Below, piece after piece: positions 14,615-27,000 of a stretch of 64,000 nt of DNA; position 1 is the first letter of the stretch, and each line of letters begins with the position of its first letter. Source of the stretch: Adineta vaga (taxonomy: Eukaryota; Animalia; Rotifera); contig CP075492.1 in NCBI GenBank assembly GCA_021613535.1, forward strand, positions 11,408,001 to 11,472,000, given 5' to 3'. Both the position numbers and the translations under genes were made by a program. Below the pieces are notes generated by a model. It saw nothing but the letters and a program-made list of their open reading frames with translations. It searched no databases and was not told the origin of the DNA.

Positions 14615-14854
14615 TTAAACATGAATTTGTTTTCCAATATATGTCCGAGTCATTTGACGGGCTGGTACAGCAATCCATATCATCAGAAATGTATAGGTAC
14701 CAAATATCGAACCCCAACATACCATCAATGGTAAACCAAGTAAAACAGTCAACAAGCGATAGATGAAGGCCTTAGTATAGTGATATGCTTGATGTGAAAC
14801 TTTGTGAAAGATTTCGAAACTATAAGCACTTGCATCAGGTTCAGCAATGACATT
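14615..14854 (-). pseudogene. Partial duplicate of caveolin exon 2 with a 120-bp internal in-frame deletion
   Basis: 14634-14854 matches 6011-6231 with about 11 mismatches in 221 nt (counted by eye). 14615-14638 matches the caveolin stop region. Exon 1 and the intron are absent. Confidence 0.85.
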
Positions 14855-15473
14855 ATTGACCATGTATTTCATCAAATATAGTTCTATTGTGGAATACGAC
14901 TGAGTTCTTTTTATCAACATCGGAAAAAGAAATATTATTAATTCTATTAAAATCAGTTCATTTGATCTTAACGAAGGTAAAATCTGAATGCTTTCTGATA
15001 CAAGAGCAATGATGTTCTTTTCTATTCCATAGGATCGATCTTGTTTCCTACTACTTCTTGTTTTGTGTATATTCTCTTCCACTATCCTTACTATATGCAT
15101 TTTTCCTGTTATTGCACAATATCAGCAGAATTTCAGCATAAGAGTAACTTCTAGTTGTAACAGAATTGGTGGTCCGAAGATGACGGCTTATCTTCAAGAA
15201 AACTAATCATTGTAATTAAAGATTACTCTGCCCGTTGTCAATCCAAGACCATCATTTTTTTCGTATGTTTTTCTTGCATATAAAATAGATCAATAAGTAA
15301 AACGATCTATTCAATCAAATCATTTCTTCTCAACACGGAATGACGTATTTGTCAAAAAAATGAAAAAAACGTATCATATCCGATTTCAATTTATATATGT
15401 CTTTCTATAAAGGTAGTTTTTGTAGGATCAATATTATTGCTTTCATTTTTCTTTTCTTTTCTTTTTGTTAATC

Positions 15474-16289
15474 ATGTATATGTTGTTACGAAGACAAATT
15501 TTATATATTTTCATCGTTTATCAATTTTCTGGAGGATTAATATTATCAACTTCATCTTTGGGTACAAATTTTACACGTTGGTCAGAAGATGATTGGTTAG
15601 AAACAAGCTTTTCGATTAAAACGAAATTTATGTTCAATCGTCAACGCTATGAAAATCTTATTCTTCGTACTCGAATGAATGAATGGTCATTAGAACTATC
15701 ATATGGAAATGTAAGTCATTTCAATCGATATTGGACAGAATTACATCTCTTTCTCAATGATCGTACTAGTTTAAACAATTCAACATTAGGTCATAGTAGA
15801 AATATCTGTAGTCCACCAGTAATATCTCCAATAACAAATGATTCTAATACTCGTATACCTGAATTAACAGATATGGATCAACGTATCGCACAATATTTTA
15901 TTAGTGATGGTTTTTTTCGTACGATTAATTATATTCATTGTAAACTTGATGAACGACGTCGTGAACCTTCATTACATCTTCAACTTGAAATTTATTTAGT
16001 AACAAATCGAGATTTTCAAAGTTTACTCTATTTTGAAATGTCTGAAGAGACATATAAGATACTCTTGGATCGTCAAGCAAGATTATATATACATAATCAT
16101 GACAGAAATTTTAAATATAATTTTAATCTAACTCAAACAAATCGATCGATAGTTTCTGATGTAACTCATGTATATATGATTAAATTATACAATCAAATTA
16201 TAGATAAAACAAGCAATGCAACAATGAAAAACTCTTCGAATATTCTATTTTTTGTTATTTTGGGAATTTTACTCTTATTCATAAAATGA
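15474..16289 (+). CDS. Intronless orphan protein, predicted secreted and GPI- or C-terminally anchored
   Basis: Uninterrupted ~270-aa ORF. Hydrophobic N-terminus (ILYIFIVYQFSGGLILS), several N-x-S/T sites, C-terminal NATMKNSSNILFFVILGILLLFIK. AATAAA just after the stop. Confidence 0.7.
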   Translation: MYMLLRRQILYIFIVYQFSGGLILSTSSLGTNFTRWSEDDWLETSFSIKTKFMFNRQRYENLILRTRMNEWSLELSYGNVSHFNRYWTELHLFLNDRTSLNNSTLGHSRNICSPPVISPITNDSNTRIPELTDMDQRIAQYFISDGFFRTINYIHCKLDERRREPSLHLQLEIYLVTNRDFQSLLYFEMSEETYKILLDRQARLYIHNHDRNFKYNFNLTQTNRSIVSDVTHVYMIKLYNQIIDKTSNATMKNSSNILFFVILGILLLFIK

Positions 16290-16313
16290 AAATATAATAA
16301 AATCATGATGTTA

Positions 16314-16316
<3 letters not shown>

Positions 16317-16344
<28 letters not shown>
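16317..16344. repeat. (TA)n microsatellite
   Basis: Direct read. Confidence 0.9.
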
Positions 16345-16350
<6 letters not shown>

Positions 16351-16373
16351 TTACAATCTAGTTTAATTGAATA

Positions 16374-16798
16374 GGATCAAGCGCGAACGCTCGATCCCTG
16401 TAGAAAAATCATTCACTTGACTTTTGTCACTGGCGTCAATGCTGTAGCATCTCAACCAGGGACTTTCTTCTTCTTGGTCAAGAAAGTTCCAGTGTTGGTA
16501 AGTATGCTTATTTCTAGCATTGATTTGTCTCTAAATATTCTTACTGATAGCACATATTGTGCAGTAAGAGTTGACTATTTTCGTAAGTTTGTTCTGTTTC
16601 ATAAAACTAAATACAATGACTCATTTCTCATGACACAAAGAAAAGAAGTATTTCATTACATTATGCAAGTAATGTCAATTCTTACTGCACAATATGTGCT
16701 ATCAGTAAGTCACTGGTTGAGATGCTACAGCATTGACGCTAGTGACAAAAGTCAAGTGAATGATTTTTCTACAGAGATTGAGCGTTCGCGCTTGATCC
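16374..16798. mobile_element. Non-autonomous inverted-repeat DNA transposon (MITE), TA target-site duplication, Tc1/mariner-type by TSD
   Basis: Left arm GGATCAAGCGCGAACGCTC... (16374-16575) is the reverse complement of the right arm ...GAGCGTTCGCGCTTGATCC (16674-16798): 125 bp with about 5 mismatches plus a 77-bp indel. TA at 16372-16373 and 16799-16800. Confidence 0.9.
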
Positions 16799-17031
16799 TA
16801 TACTGTTAAATGATTTAATGATGAGATGAAATTTTAGATGTTGATGATTTTACGGACAAATAAATGCATTTAGGTGCGTTACGAACACTTCAGCATATCA
16901 TTTATTTAAATTTTATTATTTGAAAAAACGTAAGAAAATATAAAAATTCATTGAGGATTAAAATAAAAACGCCGGGATAGAGAAGGACATTAAAAAAATC
17001 GATCAGCACCTTGATTGATTGATTGATTGAT

Positions 17032-18745
17032 TTATTTGAAGATTTTTCCTTGATTAAACTTTTTACCATTGTGTTCAACTTCCCAAAGGAAATATTGATT
17101 AACTAAATTTCTTGTATTTTCATCATCAATTGATAAACGTTTCCATGAATAAGATTCATAATCAACTTGCCAATCAGATGAAAGCTAAAAAAAGGAAATG
17201 AAATTCAATCCAGTGAAAACAAACTTCCAAATATCTTTACTTCAAAAGCAAGTTCATGTCCGCGCCAAACCCAAACGCCTGCAATCGTATTATTATTATT
17301 TTCACCGAAAACACACATACTAGCAAATGCATGTTTACGTAATTTATCTAATCGTTGATAAAAACCGGAGATTAAATTACATGTCATAAAGACTTGAGAT
17401 AATTCATCAGGATATTTATATTCACAAAACCAAATTGAACAATGATCCTTATCAAAATTTTGCCAAAAATATGGAATAGCTTTCGTTGCTGTATCTTCAT
17501 TTGAATAAACACGTTTGAATTCATCCATATTAAAATTTGGTTTAGGCATATCAGCAAATGGATCTTTTTGCTTTGGTTCATTAGCATAAACGTCATCAGT
17601 TTCATCAACTGCATCTGCTGTAGTATCAACTTCTTCTTCTTTTTTCTTCTCAACTTTCGCTGGTTTTTCTTCTTGTTTAGCTGCTTTCTTCTCTTTTTTA
17701 CCTTTTGGTTCTTCTGTTGTAGTTTTACCAGCTGCTTGTGAGAAATTTTTTGGAGCTGCTTGAGTTTGAGGTATATGATCACGACGTGAAAGTTCCGCAT
17801 ATTTTTTTGCTAAAAAGAATATTAGTAAAAACATTTTCCGCTAGAAGAAATCTTACCATCAAATTGTGCAGTTTTCTCACAGAGTTTAAAATCAGTACCA
17901 ATTACTGCTTGAAATTCTTTCTGATGAATCATTGTTAAAAACCATCGTGTTACATTTGGATATGTTTCACGTATACTTGGTTCAATAATCTAACAACAAA
18001 CATTGAGATAATAAATTCATTACTAAAAATATCCTACCCATTGAAATAATAATAATAAATCACAAGCGAGTGCAATATCAGCTAGTGTAATACGTTCACC
18101 AACGAAATATGTACGTGTACGAAGATATTCGTTTAATACTTGTAAAATATTCGTTAATTCATGCTTTGCATGTTCGTTGTTATTTTTATTGAATTGTAAA
18201 ATACCCATACATGGATATACTAATGTTGTTGATACAGTATTGATTTCACGATCAGCATATTCAATCCATTGAAGAACTTCAGATTGTTCGGTTAAGTTTT
18301 GACCATGAAGTTGTTCATTTGAGACTATAATTTATTGCAAAATTTCATTCGATTATTGATATCAAATGAAAAACAAAATACATACGATAGTATGCAATAG
18401 CATTCGATTCGAATAAATAAATACCAGCATCATTTTCATATGCAGGTACCTAAGAAACAGATATGAATATATAATCTATCCGAGTGTTTATAAGAGATAT
18501 AATTCATACTCTGCCTGTTGGAAATTTATCGATATATTCCGATGCTCGATTCGTTTCATTCATCTTGAATTGATCTTCACTTACGATGGTCAATTGTGCG
18601 CCACTATATTGAGCAGCAATCTGAGCTTTATAACCACGAATATTACCTGGAAAGGTATAGAGGATCTAGAAAAGATGTATGCCATAATTGACAAGTAAAT
18701 ATTGATGCTTTAGTTTCTTACACCGTTGCCTTGATCTGATGCCAT
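17032..18745 (-). CDS. EEF1G: Elongation factor 1-gamma
   Basis: GST-like N-terminus [22 protein letters not shown]...KFPTGRVPAYE...LFESNAIAY; [11 protein letters not shown]; EF1G domain [15 protein letters not shown]...[10 protein letters not shown]; ends NQGKIFK*. Confidence 0.97.
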
Positions 18746-18982
18746 GAATTAGGTCTTGTAAATATAAAAAGAAATGATAAATCGTTGAGGATCCAGAGTT
18801 TAAATAGGAAGAAGATCGAAGATTTTGCGAAATCTTGCGAAAAATAATGATGAAATCGGATTGAATTGACGAAAATGGAGGCTTTTGTTTACTCGCACGA
18901 GATTGGTCTAATTTTCGAACAAATGAGAGAATGACTGATGAAAGAATAAAAGAAATATTCTTTCTTTTTTTTTCTATTTGTC
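18746..18982. promoter_or_regulatory. Short bidirectional promoter region between EEF1G and SNRNP27
   Basis: Head-to-head ATGs 237 bp apart. Contains AAAATGGAG (YY1-like) and GATTGG (reverse CCAAT). Confidence 0.55.
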
Positions 18983-19692
18983 ATGCCGCGCAGTCGAAGT
19001 CGTAGTCCAAGAGGTACGTTCATTTACTAATATATATTAACAAAAGTTTTCTGATCCTTTGATTTAGATCGATATGGTAGCAATCGATATCGTGGAGGTG
19101 CAGCATCCAATTCAGGAAGTAATCGACGACGAAGTAGTCGTTCAAGATCACGATCGCCAAGAGATCGAGATCGAACACATCGTGATCGTGACCGTCATCC
19201 ACAAAGATCTGATCGTATGACAAAACGTTATTCACGATCACGTTCACGAACACGTTCTCCATCACCAAAAGCATTTGGCAATAAAGTTGTTGACAAACGT
19301 AGTGAACCAGTCAAACGAATTTTCGATCGTAAGAAATAGTTATGTTCATTTTTTCTTCTCTTTATTTTGTTTTTCATTTATTATAGCTTCGGAATTACAA
19401 GGAAAAACAGAAGATGAAATTGAAATGTTAAAAACCATGGGATTTGCAACATTCGATTCTACTAAAGTAAGTCTCCTTTTAATTTTCAATCAAAATTTTC
19501 TTCATATAAAACTTTCTTTAGGGTAAACATACTGAAGGTTCTACAAATGCTTCCGGCGCTAATATTCAACAAAAACGTCGCTATCGGTAAGAGAATCTTA
19601 TATTATTAATGTTCTATTTTAACTTTTCTTTTTCTAGACAATATATGAACCGAAAAGGTGGTTTCAATCGTCCTTTGGATCCAATTGCTTAA
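18983..19692 (+). CDS. SNRNP27: U4/U6.U5 tri-snRNP 27 kDa protein
   Basis: RS-rich N-terminus [10 protein letters not shown]; [27 protein letters not shown]...[22 protein letters not shown]. Confidence 0.96.
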
Positions 19693-19815
19693 CTCATGTA
19701 TCTAATTCTCGTACATATGTATTTGTTTGTTTGATAATAAAAAAAAATCATATTCATCAACATGTTTTGTTTTCATCATTTGTGATTCTAATAAAATCGA
19801 ATCTTAATTGTAGAA

Positions 19816-20605
19816 ATGGATCGTTTATACGGAACACATAAGCCGACAAATTTAATACAAAAAAGTCTTCTAGCTGTTGGCTCAGGTTTAATGTCGATAG
19901 CAGATCCATCACGTGATGATATGATTTCAATTTTTGGTGAAACAACAGGTACTTTAGCATTGAAATACATGCAAGAACAAATGGTTGTTGATCCTGAAGG
20001 AGATCGAATTCTTAAGTAAAGATAATTATTTCAATGTTTCATCTTTTGTTTGTTATATAGAGAACGACCAGTGATAAATACAAAAACTGTCAATTTAGAT
20101 TATCTAAAATCACTTCCTACTGGAACATTGGGTAAAGAATATTCAAATTTTCTAACAAAATATGTAAGTGAATTGTTTAAATAGGTTTTCTCTTTTATTT
20201 GATATTTCTTAATTTTGAGAGAATTTAACTCCGGATGCTCGTCGACCTGTTTCATTCATTGATGATACAGAATTAGCTTATATCATGCGACGTTATCGTG
20301 AAATACATGATCTCACTCATGTTACTCTCGGAATGCCTATTAATATGTTAGGTGAAGTTACAGTAAAATGGTTCGAAGGAATTCAATATGGTTTACCTAT
20401 GTGTGTCTTAGGTGCATTTTTTGGACCAGTTCGTTTAGGTCCAAAACATACTGCAAAATATCTTCGTTTAACTTTACCATGGATAGTTCGTACTGCCCGT
20501 CAATCACGTTCATTTATGAATGTTTATTTTGAAAAACATTGGCATAAACCTATCCAAGAATTTCGTCGAGAATTGAATATCCTCGAACCACCACCAAAAA
20601 TTTGA
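19816..20605 (+). CDS. COQ4: Ubiquinone biosynthesis protein COQ4 (3 exons)
   Basis: LYGTHKPT...DPSRDDMISIFGETTG; LPTGTLGKEY; YIMRRYREIHDLTHVTLGMPINMLGE (HDxxH-x11-E motif); NVYFEKHW. Confidence 0.96.
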
Positions 20606-23600
20606 TCATATTCACTTGTATTTGTTATCCTTAGTGCTTTTCATTTCTTTGTTTTTTGAATAAATACACATGGATAGATGTGATGTATTTCAAATTATTA
20701 TTCGATTGGAAATAACGAAGAATATTTAATTTTATTCGTTTATTTTTAGATAAAAATTAGGAAACATGATCATCTGATAAGTATCGCTAAGAACACTGGA
20801 AAATCAGAAGAAAGATTCTTTTTTGTTATTTTATACTCAATTATAGAATGAAGTTCATGAAAATTTCACTATTTATCGAGCATATTAACTATTATGTATC
20901 ACTATTATCATGTATTAGTAGTTAATATCGATGTATATCTATCGATCGATCCATTTGTCATAACCGTTCTTGTCCTTCGAGAAAAGAAGAAGAAGAAGAA
21001 AAAGGAGAAAAGATATTTTTCTAATATAAGCAGATGATGATGTACTTTGCTTTCTTTGTTTCAGATTGGCTGTGACACACATATACATCGACGTCGATTT
21101 TTCTTCTTTTCTATAGCGATACTTTGAATCGATCACTTGCTTTTCTCGGTTGCTTATCTTAGCAATACTGCCGTGTGTTTGACACTCATGTGCGCTTGAT
21201 GCCGAATGTCACTTGCGTATTCCCGTTTTTCTTCTTTTTCTTCTTCTCCTTCTTCTCTCTTTATAGACATTTAAGCATATAGATAGCTAGATATGTTTTT
21301 CCAAGAATCCTCATCTACCGTTGACGATGTCGAGTTAACAGAAATGAGAGAGATCACATATCTTTCATCTTCTCGACATGCATTACTTGTTCTCTATTTG
21401 ACAATCCATTCACTGAATGCAAATTAACTTGACTAGGTTAGTGAACATTGAGAATGAATGTTTGACGTTCTTCTCATCATTTTTTTATACCATGCGCCTA
21501 ATTTCTATTCGCTCGTGATTTTGACATCGTCAACTGTCAAATGTATAGGAGGTGGATGAATACATTAAATACAAACTTTCATGTGTATATTGTTGTTCAA
21601 GACTTGCTTGTCTGTTATTATTTAGCTTTGTGTTACAATCATTACGCATGTCTTATAATTTATATATATATATATATGCATGCGTGCGGCGTCTAAAAAA
21701 GCAATGTAAATGGATTGTAGTAGTTGTAGTAGTATCGGTACAGTGGTAGAGAGAAAAAATTGGAGCAAAAGAAATGAATAGTGTGTGTGCGTGCGTTGTC
21801 GTCCTCGTCTATAATATGATCGCAGTATATCTCCACTGACACACACAAGCATGCGCGAAAGGTTATTGTTTTCACATCTTCCCTCGACGACGACAACTAC
21901 AGGCAATTCAAGAAAAAAAAGTGGGTGTATATCTGTATGTATATTATCTTTCATCAAACTGTGTGTGTGTGTGTCTCTCAAAAGTATGTAGAAGAAAACG
22001 ATGGGTGACCATTATTGAAATCATAAACGAATAAGAAAGTGTTACTAGTGAAAATAAGTTCGAATAAGTAGGCGGTCAATCAGCAAACAATTATTTAGAT
22101 CACTGTTGTTTTATTCAGACGAGAAAAGAAAAAGAAAGGAAGAAAGAAAGAAAAAACGACGAGATGATTTCAGATTCAGCTCGACAAATCATCATCATCA
22201 TCATCAACGACAGCAGCAGCATCTTCTCTCTCCCTCCTCACAATAGTAGAGTGTGCCAATGCTCGTTTTTTCTTCTTTTCTTAGTCTATCTGCCTGTCTG
22301 ATTGTTGTTGTGTATTACAACACGAAAGATGTGGTGTGCCTCTTTATAAAAGATATAAATCTGGTTATAAGAAAAACAGAGCAGACAACGACGTTGTATG
22401 TGTTTGCGAGTGTGCGCTGATGAGAAAGAGTAAAAAAGTCGAGACACAATAACGTAGTAGTAATGCCGAATGGTTTTGTTTAAATACGAAAACTTAAAAA
22501 TGAGAATCAGAGAGACAGAAACAGAGTGAGTGAATAAATGAAGGAAGAGCTATGTGCTCGCCTTTTCTTATTGTGTATATGCGTGTGTGCTGTCATTCAT
22601 TCGCGTTTTTATTCAGTGCCATACTACATGTATTATACACCGGCATGATACAAACAGTATGTACACGGAAAATTACTATTATTGCTCATGACTTGTATGT
22701 TGATGACGATTGTTTGACTCTTAAAGAATGAGAATCGGTGAAAATATGGAAGAGCAAGAGCGAAAAAAAGAATTCGATCGAATATTCTCTTGATGTTCGA
22801 CAAGCCACGTGTACGATTTTTTTATTAGTATTTGTATTCGTTTAACAAAAGAAATGAAGCTAGGCAATGAAAAATGTGCAAGTAATCGAGAAATACATAT
22901 ACACATACAATTGATGTGCTGCTTGTTCGTCGATTTGTCTGCTTTATTCATGTGCATATATGTATACAAAGAAGCACAATACACACGTCAACATTAAGTG
23001 CAAATAGATGAAAAAAATATAGAAACAACTCCCTTATTCTCTTGCATTTTTTTCCTCAATAGTTTAGTTGTCTTTGTCTTACTCATGCGATTAGAAGTCA
23101 GTATTACGATGACTATACACTATTCTCTATGATCATTATCATCAGTAAGATAAGCAACGAACGAGACTAGCGTGCTAGCGCGTTTTGTTTTACAAAAAAA
23201 AAGGGAATCGCCCTTCTTGACGTTGACATCGTCTCTTCTGCTATTGAGCATTTTACTTGTTCTTGTCTCTGTGTTATGTTTTGTATGTGTGTGTGGCGGG
23301 CAGATACTGTTTCCGGTTAATTGCGGCGGTCGTCGTCGATTTTTCCCTTCTTCTTTTCACGCACACTCACACATGCCGCTCATTTTCTTTTCCCGTTATT
23401 TTATTGCCAAAAAAGCAAAACGAGAAATATTTTTATTCGTTATATATACATACATACTTATTTTAATTCTTTCTTCAGTTTTTTCCTCATCATCATCATC
23501 GTCGTCTTATGTCATAACTCATCCTTTCCTTTAACTTCAATCTTATTTGTTGCATACCTTTTCTCGTTTTATATAATACAAGAAAAAAAACGTTTTTCTA

Positions 23601-24098
23601 TTTCCCGTCTTCTTCGACGTCTCCTTATTCTTCTTTTTCTGCTTTTTTTGACACACGCAAACTAACTCAATCTTTTATCGAATGTGTCACTATATTTAGA
23701 AGAAAAGCAACTTTAGTTAGTACTTCGAGAAGAAAATCAACATTCATCTAGGCAACAAAATCAAATTAAGACACATACACAACTTAGATGAATATATGCA
23801 TGCATGTATAAAGAAGAAAAGTGTCAATAATGTATGTTGAACGTCGACGACGGCAAGCGGGCACAACCTTGTATGAGTGTTCGTTTCTCTCTCTCTCTCT
23901 CTCTCATGCCACACCATCACTGACCGATGAGAAAGAATAATGTATACATGCCGTTTTATTTCTAGATGTGATGTTCACACGACGGATGCTCTATGTAGCA
24001 ACAAAAGACATAGAAAGATTCATCTTTCATTCCCGGTGGTCGTGTGTATTGTATATGTGTACTTCGTATTCATTCTTTAATCAGCAATAACAACGACC

Positions 24099-27000
24099 AT
24101 GAGTAATACAAGCAAAGAACCGATGACTAAGAAACAACAAGATGACCTTAATTCAAGTTTTAATAGTAATCAATAATTAATTTATTGTCGTGTAATTTTC
24201 ATTCATTTAATCATTGTATTTAGATCTTCCCTGGGGTCTCCCATTAGGTTTCCCATCGTTATCACCGTTTGGTGCATTTCCAGGTTATGGTATGCCTACA
24301 CCGAATTTCCCTTCACTGAACAGTTTTGCTTCATCAACAACAACTGCTTTTCCTCCTTCACTTCTGTCAAATGATTCAACTACTAATCCATCAACAGCAT
24401 CAAATGATGTTTGGACAAATGGATTATCTTCAGCAAATAATGCCATGGATTATAATGAATATATAAAACAATTAGGTTTTCTTATGAATGCATTTACTGA
24501 ACAACAAAAGCCACCAGAAACAGATAAATCAAAAGGTATTATTGTTAGAAAGAAAACGTGCGTATAAAATATTATCTTCTTCGTTTATTTAATCTTAGCT
24601 TCACCTTCAACAAAACATTCAAAACCCAAATCGTCTCATACTCCTTCAGCATCATCTTCACCCGATGTTCACAATAGTAAAAAACATGATGATTCACGTC
24701 GATCATCATCATCGAATAAATCTTCATCACGTTCAAAATCATCTTCAAAACAACAACCATCATTATCTTCTACTCCAACTCATGTATCTTCAACAAAAAC
24801 ATCTACAAATAATGATTCATCAATGCTCGATCCAGTAGCATTTGCTGCTGCAATGGCAGGTGGTGGTTTATCATTTCCTTATTTTCTTCCATCATTACTT
24901 TCACAAACACCTTCAACAGCAACAACTGGTACAAATAATAATCCTTCAACTTATCCATTTTCAGCCTTATCATCATCTTTAGCTAATCCAACTGCTGGTC
25001 TCTATCCTTTCTTGTCACCTGATTGGTTTACATCACCAGCAGCTTTGGGAAATATAACTCCTGGTAATGAGATCTTCATATATATATATATTAGTGAATG
25101 TTATTACTAAATAATATGTCATTTTTGTATTTAAAGATTCTAAACAATCGAAAAAACGATCAAAATCAATTCGAACTTTAACTGAAGAACAAGATAAAAA
25201 TGCTTCAAGTCTACTTCATTCAGCATTAGTATATATTCTTCTTCTTACTACTATAGAAGACTGATTTTTTTCCTTGTCTATTCTCAGAGCGATCCAACTA
25301 ATACCAATGGTTTACGTTTAAGTCGTCGTAGTAGTACAAATGAGACGCAAATTGACGATTCCAGATCAAACGATGATGGTAAATATTTTTTTGAACATTT
25401 TTGATTCATTAGAAAAATCGTTATATGTTTTAGATGATTCTGATCCTAATCCAAAACGAAAGAAGACTGAAGAAGTCAATGAAGCACTTGTACGAATACC
25501 ATTGAATCGCGGGTATGGTTGAAGATTGTTTTTTACATTGATCAGATTTTCTATACATATTCTCTTCTAGATGGAAACGTATAACGATCGTCCGTGCAAT
25601 AACACGAACGGGTGTTCGTGGTGATGTTTCGTATTATGCACCATGTGGTAGAAAATTACGTTCATTTCAAGAAATTGATCGAGTAAATTTTCATTATTGA
25701 TCTTATCTTTATTTTCATCATATAAATTTGACTTTTTTCTTTTTCCTAGTATCTATCAAAGAAAAATATAACCGACTTAGATCGATCACATTTTACATTT
25801 AGCTCAAAAGTTCATATAGGATTTTTTCATGAACCCAAGGAAGGTCCTGATGGAAAGGTAATGATTTAAATACACTGTGATAAAAATATCTAGGATTTAT
25901 TTTGAATATTTAGACAATTTTTGAAGAATCTACCGAAGATGAAATTGTCAATCGTATCTTAGAAATAAATCCTAAATTTCGTCGTATTGAAACATCTTCT
26001 AGCCCATGTATGACACCTAGTAATGGTAATAGTCATGATCATCATGATGAAAATCGAAAACTTCGTTTAGAACAAGAAGGTTTGATTTGACTCTTTTTTC
26101 TTCCTCAATAATTCATTATGATCATTGATTTCCCATAGAACTATCTAAACGAGCAGCAGAAATCAAAAATAAACGCGATCCAATGCGTTATATGCGTAAT
26201 GTCACTAGTGAAAGTCCTAAAACATCTGATACACAATATCAACATAATGAATTTATAAAAGCAATTATTGAACAACAAAAATTTGCTCAACAACAAGAAT
26301 TAGAACATCAACAAAAAATACAACAAGAACAACAGGTATAGTTCTATGAAAAGAATGAGAGATTTTGTAAATTTGAAAAATTTATCGTTCAGGAACAAGA
26401 ACGTAAACGTCAAGAACTGGTTTATTTGAAACAACTTGAATTAAAGAAACGTCATGAAGAAAAACTTATACAACTCGAACAACGTAAAGCAGAAAAGAAT
26501 GCACAACGTGAAAAGAAAATCGTATGTACTTCTCAATTTGATGATGATTCTATCGTCTCATGTTGATTTCTTTCTCATTTTTCAGCAAGAAAAATATATG
26601 GAAATAGTTCTTGCTAAAGAAGCAAAGCGTATCGCTGAAGATATGCAATTACGCGATCTTAAGGTATAAATATATTCAATCTATTGACTACGATCGAACG
26701 TTTTTTGTATTTAGTCATTTCCAACATTAAAATCAGTTGAAAATAGACGTTTATCCATCGAAGGATTCGCTAATTGTCTAATGATTATTGAATTTCTTAA
26801 TAATTACAAACATATTCTTAATATTCGTATGTTGAATGACAATCAAATGATAATTATTTCTATATTTCTTTTGTTTCTCTCATAGCTGATAATTTAATTC
26901 CAACGTTGAATAGTTTACAACAATCATTGATTAGTTCTTCATCATCACGAGATTTAAATTCTCTCTTTCAAATCTTACTTCGTATTGCATTGGAAGATCC

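Noticed and set aside
16417-16809. 130-aa ORF as a transposase or gene
   Set aside because: It lies within the MITE arms, starts at a non-ATG codon and has no DDE or HTH motifs.
19816-19860. COQ4 lacking a mitochondrial presequence as a novelty
   Set aside because: As I recall, some invertebrate COQ4 proteins (e.g. nematode) also start right at the conserved core, so this is not distinctive.
20900-24090. Many 60-120 aa ORFs upstream of BAZ2
   Set aside because: Low-complexity, microsatellite-rich non-coding or 5'UTR-intron sequence with no coding signal.
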